From the IMG/VR virus record IMGVR_UViG_3300008111_000114: a stretch of 64,000 nt of DNA; one strand, 5' to 3'. The DNA comes from an uncultured virus (IMG/VR IMGVR_UViG_3300008111_000114) (taxonomy: Duplodnaviria; Heunggongvirae; Uroviricota; Caudoviricetes). Position numbers and translations under genes: made by a program. Below the pieces are notes generated by a model that saw only the letters and a list, made by a program, of their open reading frames with translations, was not told the origin of the DNA and did no database searches. The stretch's first letter is position 1, and the number at the start of each line of letters is the position of its first letter. This document shows, piece by piece, positions 51,138 to 59,737 of this stretch.

Positions 51138-51491
51138 CTAAGCTTTTGTTAATATACTGCCATGATAATTTACAAACTCATCAAAGGAATGCCATTCCTC
51201 CCCGCTCCCAACGGTCAGGTCTGTAAAGTCAATTGTGATTGGTGTATCCATAAACCCTTGGTCTGACGGGTCGCAGCCATAAATCCCGAATCCAGTTTCA
51301 TCCAGAATGCTATCCTGCATTAAATAACTAATTGCCATACGGGTGCCATATGATGGGTCTTGCCATCTTGGTCTTGCGTGATTTAGCGCAGCGGCTAAAT
51401 CGGAATATAATGAGTCTTCTCCCCAATGGCTGTATAACGCCACTGCATGGTCCTCATCTGTTTTAAATACGAACGTACATCTTGCTCCCAC
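51138..51491 (-). CDS. Hypothetical phage protein
   Basis: 'MGAR....F.......LYSHWG' pattern; 117 aa. Confidence 0.55.
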   Translation of the reverse strand: MGARCTFVFKTDEDHAVALYSHWGEDSLYSDLAAALNHARPRWQDPSYGTRMAISYLMQDSILDETGFGIYGCDPSDQGFMDTPITIDFTDLTVGSGEEWHSFDEFVNYHGSILTKA

Positions 51492-51502
51492 ACCTTGCTC
51501 CT

Positions 51503-51751
51503 TTACTTGTTGGTTATATTAAAATCATACTCTACATTGCCCATAAATGTCCACCACTTTTCGTTATCCCAATGGCTCATCATAGCCATCTCAGAATAAT
51601 CAAATGTATAGCCATTTACTTGTTCTACAAGATTGTTTCTCTTATAGAATTGAAACCACCACTCAGTCTTATCCCCGTGCTCTTTGGTATAGTCAGAGAA
51701 CCCGTTAGGGAAGTCCTGCTTGGCTTTGCTGATATAGTCGTTTAGTTCCAT
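51503..51751 (-). CDS. Hypothetical protein, probably leaderless
   Basis: TTGACG-17-TATATT ends 6 nt before the ATG. Confidence 0.55.
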   Translation of the reverse strand: MELNDYISKAKQDFPNGFSDYTKEHGDKTEWWFQFYKRNNLVEQVNGYTFDYSEMAMMSHWDNEKWWTFMGNVEYDFNITNK

Positions 51752-51890
51752 ATATTAAATATAGCAGATGGCTGCTGTTCCGTCAACACCCCCAGGACGG
51801 GCTTTATTTAACAACTTGGTCGGCACCTGATAGCTGCACCATCTGTTAATCATTTATGATCCTATCTATTATACCAAAAACCAGGGCAGA

Positions 51891-52196
51891 TTACAATTCC
51901 AGCGTCATCTGATTGTCTACCCACGTTTCGCCTTCCATATGAGACCTAATCTCATGACACATCTTCGCTACTCTGAAGTGCTTGGTATCAACCATGCCTC
52001 GTCTGTAATACTCAGACATCTCCTCAATCCAAGCCCACAATGTATCCCAAAACTGTTCTTGAATACGTGGGGACTTGTTGCCCATATGCCAAGCAAAGTT
52101 TAGTTTGCTAAATCTGACATCAGATAAGTAGTCTTCCACAATGGTAGCCAACTTACCCTCGTCTATGTCTTTATCGCCTATTGCCATTATCCACAC
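51891..52196 (-). CDS. Hypothetical protein
   Basis: 101-aa ORF. Confidence 0.5.
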   Translation of the reverse strand: MWIMAIGDKDIDEGKLATIVEDYLSDVRFSKLNFAWHMGNKSPRIQEQFWDTLWAWIEEMSEYYRRGMVDTKHFRVAKMCHEIRSHMEGETWVDNQMTLEL

Positions 52197-52264
52197 CTTT
52201 CCTCATTCGATTGTAACATAAGAGGGGGGAGGCAGGCAAGTAGCCTCCCCCACTCATCCCCATG

Positions 52265-52894
52265 TTATCGCTCAGTTACATCTGTATTACCGTCATATGA
52301 GTCAATAGTTAGATTCTCAGAGATATGAGAGTCAATATCAAAGTCCTCGAATTCAGCCAATGGGACCTCAACTTCACCACGAACTGTAATGCTTGCTTCA
52401 AACGTTACAGTCTTTACAGGGTTGTGGCCAAGGATATCGCAGAGCTCCACGAGAACATCTGATAGTTCAGTGTTAGGATTAAACCAGTGGTCTTCAGTCA
52501 GACAGTCAATTACTTTATTAACCTGAGACTGCAGATTATTTAAACGGTCTGTTGTACGGCGGGCCTGCTCCAGAGTCCATTCAAGGTCATTTACCTTAAG
52601 GGTAGGATAAGTTGTCTCGCCATTTTCAATCTTCTTGTACGTGACAAGAACGTTTGCATCATAGGTCATGGGGACCTGATTTGTTGTTTCCATGGGTTGT
52701 TGCCTTTCTATAGTTGGGTTATCTTCAATTGTACTAGAGACCAGTGACATCTGTCTACCACAGGGGCACTTCATTTGGACTACCCCAGAAGGAAAGCCAA
52801 AACGATCACTAGTAGTTATCTCCACCAAGGTATCACATTCGTCTGGGTCGCAGACAAATGTGTGCTTGGTTGATGTATATGCTGGGTCAAACAT
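52265..52894 (-). CDS. Hypothetical protein with N-terminal Zn ribbon; internal promoter/RBS suggests a second start at 52693
   Basis: CxxxxC...CPCG; internal TGTCAC-N10-TACAAT and GAAAGG before ATG 52693. Confidence 0.5.
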   Translation of the reverse strand: MFDPAYTSTKHTFVCDPDECDTLVEITTSDRFGFPSGVVQMKCPCGRQMSLVSSTIEDNPTIERQQPMETTNQVPMTYDANVLVTYKKIENGETTYPTLKVNDLEWTLEQARRTTDRLNNLQSQVNKVIDCLTEDHWFNPNTELSDVLVELCDILGHNPVKTVTFEASITVRGEVEVPLAEFEDFDIDSHISENLTIDSYDGNTDVTER

Positions 52895-53666
52895 TGATTT
52901 TGTCCCGACGATACTCAGGAACAAATTCTTCAGTCAGGTACTGCTTATGCTCCTCGCATTCAGCAACTAACTCTAGGTCTGCCTCACCCATATAATGACA
53001 TGCATTGCAGATTTCTCCACAGTCATTGTCGCAGTACTCTAATGTATTTATCTCATCACAGTCACGACATTTGTTATCGTACTCTTCAAGTTCCGTTACA
53101 TTGCCACGAAGAATTTCATACTCTCCGCCCCAACCTGTCTCTTCTTCAAATGAGAGAGTAAGTAAGGAGTTAGGAACCATGTTGGATAGCGTAACTAATA
53201 CTGATACGGCAGGAGACCACGCAGTATTGTACTTATATACCAGCCATTGGTCCTCACCATTAGATGTGTGCTCTAACAGTTCGGTGTCAGGATACTCGTC
53301 GTTATCTTGCACGGCCACATCCCACTTAGTTCCCCAATGGGTTGTGTTCCAGTTGTACCAGTCTTTTTGAGTCATTGCATGCTTGACTTCTTTAGCAAAC
53401 CACTCTGGGTCATTTGTATCAATGCCTAGGCGAGATGGTTGCTGAACATACTCTTCCATTGTGATACCGTCTTCCAATGGGGAATGGATATTCCAGAATG
53501 CGAAGACAGGGGCAGAGTAATGAGTTTCTTTTACTTCCATCTGCATAGTCTCACGATTCCAAGAATCATGAAGAACGGTAAATGGAGTATTTAGTTTATC
53601 TTTGATATAGTCAATCTCAGACTTAGGGCCTTGGATTGTCAATGTGTTGTAACACCAATTTGGCAT
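52887..53666 (-). CDS. DUF1281/YubB-like ferredoxin-fold protein
   Basis: MPNWC.N.L.I.G...WY.WN...WGTKWD...TAWSP motifs. Confidence 0.7.
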   Translation of the reverse strand: MPNWCYNTLTIQGPKSEIDYIKDKLNTPFTVLHDSWNRETMQMEVKETHYSAPVFAFWNIHSPLEDGITMEEYVQQPSRLGIDTNDPEWFAKEVKHAMTQKDWYNWNTTHWGTKWDVAVQDNDEYPDTELLEHTSNGEDQWLVYKYNTAWSPAVSVLVTLSNMVPNSLLTLSFEEETGWGGEYEILRGNVTELEEYDNKCRDCDEINTLEYCDNDCGEICNACHYMGEADLELVAECEEHKQYLTEEFVPEYRRDKINV

Positions 53667-53693
53667 GGGGGTAACCTTTCTTTAGTTGCCGAT

Positions 53694-53816
53694 TTACTTG
53701 GTAAAGACTGTGCCTTGTGCTTCAGCCTTGCTAATCAATTCTACTTGCTCTTTAGAAAAACGTCCACGCTTTCCGACTTTTTGTCCAAGAGAAACTAGAT
53801 ATTCACGCTTTGTCAT
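53694..53816 (-). CDS. Stand-alone Lsr2-like DNA-binding domain (40 aa)
   Basis: MTKREYLVSLGQKVGKRGRFSKEQVELISKAEAQGTVFTK; helix-RGR-helix; AAAGGAGG RBS and TTGACA promoter. Confidence 0.55.
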   Translation of the reverse strand: MTKREYLVSLGQKVGKRGRFSKEQVELISKAEAQGTVFTK

Positions 53817-53868
53817 TTGACCCTCCTTTCGTTCCATATATTAATTATTGCAAAAACAGGGCGGATTG

Positions 53869-54060
53869 TCAAGAAATTTTGGAGGACTCGTCAATAATTT
53901 CGTAAGCCCAGTTAGTTAATGATTCCTTATTTGAATTGAAATGGTGACCGCAAAACATTAGTTCACCCGTAATACCCTTGCACAAGAATAAAGCTTGGGC
54001 AGAGCAACGATCACATCTATCATTATTTGTTAATACATATTCCAGGGTTGTTTCAGTCAT
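53869..54060 (-). CDS. Small Zn-binding actinobacterial-type protein
   Basis: DRCDRC.AQA...L.FCGHH. Confidence 0.6.
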   Translation of the reverse strand: MTETTLEYVLTNNDRCDRCSAQALFLCKGITGELMFCGHHFNSNKESLTNWAYEIIDESSKIS

Positions 54061-54141
54061 ATCTTAATCATACAGTATTCCAGGGCATTTTTCAACTCCT
54101 ACGTAATGTCCAAATTTTGAGACAGACCCGACCCGCTAGCT

Positions 54142-55847
54142 TTACGTAAGCATTTGTCTTTCTTCCCACTCTGCTAATGTTCGCACAACAAAATCTTTGC
54201 CAAGACTGTAACAGAACTGAACTGCTTCTAGCAAATCTGTTGATGTAAATAGCGGGGGATTCATTACATCTTCTTCATGTAAAGAATAAACCTCAAACTC
54301 ATCTATACCACCAGGGGAAACTGAGTATTCTACTTCCAAGATCTCTAACATTGGTTTGTGATACATTTATTCCTTTTCCTCGTCATTTAGCCAGCCGTCA
54401 TTATCTAATGCGACTAGGAAATCGTTGTCCCTCATCCAATCACGGATTGTTTCATCAATGATTTCATCTCCTAGGTCCATGCTTATGCCAATGCCGTCTG
54501 CATCTTCCCAAAATTTATCAAAGATTTGTTTTAATGTTATGCCGCTAGGCACAGCCTCGTCAACATAGTCATTCTCAGCAAGGTCATCATACTGATTGTT
54601 TTCATAAATGTTTCGGAGCACATCAAATGTCCAAACCCACACCAAGGACGGGAAGACAGGGAGAACTGTAATCTTATCTACAATCTCATTTAAATCACGA
54701 TACACGTCATCCCTACGAGTTGCTTCCTGTAAATCAATTGTCATTACGTGCTCCAATCGCAAATGATAGGTCATATGTTAGTTTGTATAGGCTAGTATAT
54801 GCGTCTGATATACCCTCCCAGTATTTGCGTTCCATAGATTCCATAGCGTCTGAATAATCATTCTCTTCTTCAATACGCTTGGCTTCCTCTAATTGTGCTT
54901 CTGCAACCAGCATGAGGTTCTTTAGTTCCCCGTGCATGATGTCTAAACCATTTACGCCATGGTCCACCATACGTTGTAGGTGTGGTTCAAGTGTCTCTAA
55001 TTCAATCATTATTCAATCATACCCTTCGCTACTGACATTAGGTGACGGGTAGCAATAATCTGTCCATTAAGACTAATCATCTCAATATCCAAATGCTCCC
55101 AATCCTTAGAGGCAGGGTCGAGTTTTTCCATTTCATCTTCTACCTGCTCAGCGTCTTGCATAAGACTAATGAGATGTAGATTCATATATTCTAGTAATTT
55201 ATTCATATATCTATCCTAGCAGTAGGGGCGGACAATTTCAATTAGGGTAGGTGTGATTTAGGCCACAAATATTTTATACAGGATAAATATAACTATGGCA
55301 CTTATTCCTAGAAATCCTAGGACACCTTTTCCAACAAGTTCTCTAAACTCTTTACTCATATTATCTCCTAACAAAACGGGCACGGAATAGCAACGAGTTC
55401 GTCTTTGCCATTGTAAAAGTAGTACTTACCATTGTAGCATTGCTTACACTGCTTATGTCTAGTCAAAATACCCCTCCGCCCATAAGCCCTGGAGAAAACT
55501 AACAGTATCCTCTAGATCTGATCTGAGCTGAGTCTTGTCCATTAAATCGGACGGGTGTCTAAGATAGAATAACTTAGCATCATGTACAGCATTAATCATC
55601 CTATCTAAGTCTTCCTGTTGATATCCTAGCATAGGTAATACTCATCTTTCTCTGTATAGCCATAGTATTCATTATAAGATTGTTTGACACTATCAGGTGC
55701 AAATTGTAAGAATTGCCATTCCGCATATTCTACACCCTCATCTAGGTTAGTGTTATTCCATTGTTCAAACAGGTGCTCTTCAATATCAACCTGAATTGCT
55801 CCCATGATATGTTCCCCAAGACTATCTGTGAACATTTCTACAGCCAT
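54142..55847 (-). other. Run of short acidic hypothetical genes (54142-54366, 54367-54744, 54734-55009, 55009-55206, 55460-55633, 55626-55847)
   Basis: Tightly packed, often overlapping, same-strand ORFs. Confidence 0.55.
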
Positions 55848-56044
55848 TTCTTTTTCCTTTCTTGCGGTGTGAGACCACCGAATATACCGAACTCTACTTT
55901 TTCATCAATAGCAAACTTGAGACACTCACCCTTTACAGAGCACGAACCACAAATTTGTATTGCTCTATCCATTTTACCTTTTGCCTGCGAGAAAAACAAG
56001 TCGTGTTGTTCTGCGCTACAACTGGCTTCTAATTGCCAACTCAT
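55838..56044 (-). CDS. whiB: WhiB-family transcription factor (short)
   Basis: W...ASC....DLFF.......AI.IC..C.V...CL.FA......GIFGG.T..ER. Confidence 0.9.
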   Translation of the reverse strand: MSWQLEASCSAEQHDLFFSQAKGKMDRAIQICGSCSVKGECLKFAIDEKVEFGIFGGLTPQERKKKWL

Positions 56045-56205
56045 AATTTACCTTTCTATCCTTTACTACTATCCTACACCACGGCACTGACATTCTGCAA
56101 ATTCCAGGGCATTTTCATATACGTACGTAATGATAAAATAAACAGTCAGACCCGCCCCTTTTTTCTGATTTTGTCAAATCGAAATGCGATCAGCTAAAAA
56201 TAAAA

Positions 56206-56232
56206 CAGGGGCGCATTTCTGCGCCCCCGTGT
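56206..56232. terminator. Intrinsic terminator after DUF932 gene
   Basis: GGGGCGCA-TTTC-TGCGCCCC with T-rich tail on the - strand. Confidence 0.65.
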
Positions 56233-56242
56233 TAGCAATTTT

Positions 56243-57274
56243 TTAGATTGCTAAAACCGCTTTGAGAATTTTATTTTTCTCAGCGGTGATAACAGGGTCA
56301 AACCCTGAAGCAGAAGCGGAAAGAGATTCCGTATTACCCTTGCGAGCAGAACGGAAATAATCCAAACGCTCAGTTAGAGCATTTAGCGCACCCCACTTTG
56401 TGCCTTTGATACCAGCGTTAGTTGGTGAGTTATGATAAAGTTCGTCAATTAGAACGACTTTATTTTCCCACTTCTTTAGCGCACCCTTAGCGTCTTTTTC
56501 AGGCTTTGGGTAAAGGTTGCGGATAAGGTCAGAGAATTGCTTATCGTTGATTTGAGATTCAAACAGACCATTAGCCTGCTTAGAAAACTCATCGAAATAA
56601 GCAACAGATAGACCAAGAGCCTCACGAGCAGCGAGAATCTTTCCATCTGCGGTCTGCGTGTGGCGAATCTTGAAAGATTGCTTAGCAGATTTCATCGCTA
56701 GGTTTAGCGTATTTTGGCAACGAACACGAACAGGTGTAATTGCTGCCTGAACAGCAACAGAGCCGTCGTGTGATGTCCAAACGATTAGATACAATTTTGT
56801 TGTATCTGCTACGCCTTTAGGGTCAATGACTAGTTGATTAGGCAACGCCCAAGAGCCATAGACAATGCGACCTTGCTTTAGAGAGCCAGCAGAATCAACT
56901 TTCACATCGGGATTTCCGTCGTGTAGATTTTCTGCGAATGAAAATAGTTCTTCATTCTGAACGACTTTATAGCGTGAGCCTACAACAGACAACACATCGG
57001 TATTGCCAGCGGTGTATGGGTTATCACGAACAACAAGGAATGAATCAGTAATGAAATTGTGATGAGGCGCAAGTGGCGCAACATCTTCAAGACGAACATT
57101 CCAATTAGAGAGTTTAGCACCCTCCATAATTTCAGAGATTGAAACATCTCCAGATTCTGAATCAAAAACCTTATTGGCAAAAGAGTGCCAAGCGGGATTT
57201 GAACGGGATTCAACAAGAGCAAACGACACATCGCCGTTTTCTACTTCTTGCTTATGAGCGAGATTTGTAGCCAT
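56243..57274 (-). CDS. DUF932-family phage/plasmid protein
   Basis: PAWH, V...Y..VQN.E.F.F, AGSL..GR.V, SHDGS......TPVRV.C.NTL, IRHT, GT.WGA.NA.TE..D. Confidence 0.85.
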   Translation of the reverse strand: MATNLAHKQEVENGDVSFALVESRSNPAWHSFANKVFDSESGDVSISEIMEGAKLSNWNVRLEDVAPLAPHHNFITDSFLVVRDNPYTAGNTDVLSVVGSRYKVVQNEELFSFAENLHDGNPDVKVDSAGSLKQGRIVYGSWALPNQLVIDPKGVADTTKLYLIVWTSHDGSVAVQAAITPVRVRCQNTLNLAMKSAKQSFKIRHTQTADGKILAAREALGLSVAYFDEFSKQANGLFESQINDKQFSDLIRNLYPKPEKDAKGALKKWENKVVLIDELYHNSPTNAGIKGTKWGALNALTERLDYFRSARKGNTESLSASASGFDPVITAEKNKILKAVLAI

Positions 57275-57482
57275 TTTTATTTCCTTTCTATTGGATACTT
57301 ATCAAGTCTAGCACACATAGGTGGGCTATGTCTAGTTAGATTGGCAAACTAGGGCAATTCGGACATTTTTCAGTGGGCAAAATCACATCGTCGTAACTTG
57401 ACAAACGGAGTTTTGCGGGGCGGGCCTGCAGCGGGCCCTGGAAAGAAAGGTAACCAGGGCCCGTGCATTCATTTACTGTACG

Positions 57483-57645
57483 TGTGCTGCAGCTCCATGA
57501 GTCGGTCCCATGGACGGGAAGTCGGGATGGTGAACAGATCGTGCCATTAATTTAGTTGTGTGCACCGTTGACACCATCCCGAAGATTAGGTGGGAATTCT
57601 TACTTACGACATATGGCGAGAACATTCCCGAAACTGCCACTGTGT
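57483..57645 (-). ncRNA. Candidate multi-stem structured RNA
   Basis: Three hairpins enclosed by a basal stem; G-U wobbles favour the - strand; followed by a long GC hairpin at 57426-57466. Confidence 0.55.
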
Positions 57646-57655
57646 CGATTAGCAA

Positions 57656-57838
57656 TTAGCCAATTTTTACCATTGCCCAGCGAAGTTGGTTATTAGGTGT
57701 GCGAAGAGCAATCTTAGTTAGATTTGGTCTAACTGAAACAATCTCCTCCAAGCGACCTGTGATACCTGACTTGCCTGTGGTGAATACATCACCCTTGCGA
57801 TAGAAACTATCGCTGTTATTTCCGAATACTGGGGACAT
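57656..57838 (-). CDS. Small beta-barrel (SH3/KOW-like) protein, paralogue A
   Basis: 60 aa with RBS and promoter; similar to 58451-58600. Confidence 0.6.
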   Translation of the reverse strand: MSPVFGNNSDSFYRKGDVFTTGKSGITGRLEEIVSVRPNLTKIALRTPNNQLRWAMVKIG

Positions 57839-57920
57839 TCGTTTTTCCTTTCGTTTGTTTGCTTACTATTTAGTTTATCAGATGTGTTGGGGGGAGGTCA
57901 AATACCCCTCCCCCACATTT

Positions 57921-58343
57921 TTACAAGTATCGGGCGATAGCGTTGTAAGTAGAAGTAGAAACTACTTCCTCATCGGTCATCTTGAGAATACGAATTGCGT
58001 TCTCAATTTCCTCTACCATCTCATTGTAAGAGTGGCGGTGGATTTGCTCAAAATCACGCTCAGGTTGCTTAGGAAAATCCTTTTCCTCAACAATCAAATC
58101 AAAATCAACATTGAGAGTGTTGTTCCAATGACGATAGTTCGTGCGAACATTTTGAGCCTTAGCGATTTGCGCTGTGGCAAACTTAGCAATTTCTTTGTTC
58201 CATTTCTCAACGGACTTCTGATACTTTGCCTCGTTCTCATCTTGCTTAGCATAATCATTTTTGATTTCTGCTAACTTAGTTTCCAAAGCCTTGATAACTT
58301 TGGGTGTTGCGATTTTTACATTTATCGCTTTTCCTCTTGCCAT
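57921..58343 (-). CDS. Hypothetical helical phage protein
   Basis: 140 aa, RBS GAAAGGAA, own promoter and downstream hairpin 57884-57919. Confidence 0.6.
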   Translation of the reverse strand: MARGKAINVKIATPKVIKALETKLAEIKNDYAKQDENEAKYQKSVEKWNKEIAKFATAQIAKAQNVRTNYRHWNNTLNVDFDLIVEEKDFPKQPERDFEQIHRHSYNEMVEEIENAIRILKMTDEEVVSTSTYNAIARYL

Positions 58344-58450
58344 TTTGTTTCCTTTCTTAGTTGGTATTACTATTCTATCAGACCTTACCGACAGAATAAA
58401 GTTGGTGAGCAGTTTTGATTGACTTGCTCAGGTCAGTTTCATCTGATAAA

Positions 58451-58600
58451 CTACTTGATAGTAGTCCAGCGAGTTTCGCCCTCTACATCAAGACGAACAC
58501 GCACCGAGCCAGATGGGTTCTTTACGACTTCCTTTACAACGCCAGAAACTTTGCTCTGAGCGGTTGTAATGGTTTCACCGATTTTTGGTGTCTTAGCCAT
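58451..58600 (-). CDS. Small beta-barrel protein, paralogue B (49 aa)
   Basis: MAKTPKIGETITTAQSKVSGVVKEVVKNPSGSVRVRLDVEGETRWTTIK; not in the ORF track. Confidence 0.65.
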   Translation of the reverse strand: MAKTPKIGETITTAQSKVSGVVKEVVKNPSGSVRVRLDVEGETRWTTIK

Positions 58601-58688
58601 TTTTGCTTCCTTTCGTTTGTTGGTAATAATAGTTTAGCATTTCAGACCGACAGAGCGCAAATCCAAATACGGACAAATCGGACATTTT

Positions 58689-59498
58689 CTAAAAAACTTT
58701 TGTGGGAAAAATCACAGTGTCGTAATTTGACAAACGCCTTGCGGCGGGGTGGGCCTCAGCTCTTACGGTACAAGATATAAACAATTTAGTTGCGCTAAAT
58801 CTAATGTCAGCCTTACCATAAACACAAAGACCACACGATACACACGCAGAGCCTGCTTGTGAAATTAATGGAATACGTTTTGCATTTTCAGGGCACTTTG
58901 CACCAACCTTGCCAGTTAATTCTTTCATTTTGTTTTCGGTTAACGCAAACGTTTTGCCTAAGTATGCCAGGCGCACACCATGATTAATTTTTAAGTCTTC
59001 CGCAATGGATACGTTTTCGTCGTCGGTAGAGAAATAAAGAGATAGGTTAGGGATACCCTTAAGCAATTCCGCCGCAGACTTTACACGAGTGTAGACCCAA
59101 AATTGAATGTCGGGATGACGGCGAACAATTTCAGCCCATGCGATTGTATAAGTATCGTTAAAGAAATCTCCGTCCCAATGGATACGGAATAATTGTTTTG
59201 CATTACGCTTTACACAGTCAGCCTTGAAATCAATAATCATTTCATCAAGAAGAGACACCATAGTGTCATAGTCAGCGTCTTTTAGTAATTCCCAATTGTG
59301 AAGAAGAGTGGCCTTTACTCCCTTGTAGATTTTTTCGAGTTTTCCTGCATAGCAAACGCTTTCACAAACACTAGTGGCACCAGGACACGAGAAATTTTTT
59401 CCAGCAGGTAGACCGAAAGTGTTGGCGATTGTTGGGGTTTTTCCATTTGGGGAGACTGCATTTGCAACCTTTCTATCATTAGAGCGTTTTAGTTTCAT
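58689..59498 (-). CDS. Gp88-like Fe-S (radical-SAM-related) phage protein
   Basis: CP.A...C...CYA, RIH..GDF, W.YTR, C..C..C motifs. Confidence 0.7.
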   Translation of the reverse strand: MKLKRSNDRKVANAVSPNGKTPTIANTFGLPAGKNFSCPGATSVCESVCYAGKLEKIYKGVKATLLHNWELLKDADYDTMVSLLDEMIIDFKADCVKRNAKQLFRIHWDGDFFNDTYTIAWAEIVRRHPDIQFWVYTRVKSAAELLKGIPNLSLYFSTDDENVSIAEDLKINHGVRLAYLGKTFALTENKMKELTGKVGAKCPENAKRIPLISQAGSACVSCGLCVYGKADIRFSATKLFISCTVRAEAHPAARRLSNYDTVIFPTKVF

Positions 59499-59737
59499 GG
59501 GGCACCTTTCTTTCTTTATTCTATTCTACACCATAGGGGCGACATTTATGCTTGCGCTTGCGAGAATACGCCTTTTTATTTTTTACAGGCGTGGCTGCAT
59601 TACTACGGCGTAACTCCATAAGTCGCCGTAATTCCTCAGCATTTTTTTTCGTTCTCATAATAAACTAGTCTAGCATAACCCACTGACATTCCACAAAATT
59701 TCGGCGTTTCTACGTAAAGCTCATAAATCGGACATTA

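Noticed and set aside
57473..57655. 60-aa minus-strand ORF
   Set aside because: It has no RBS and atypical composition; the extensive base-pairing is better explained by a structured RNA.
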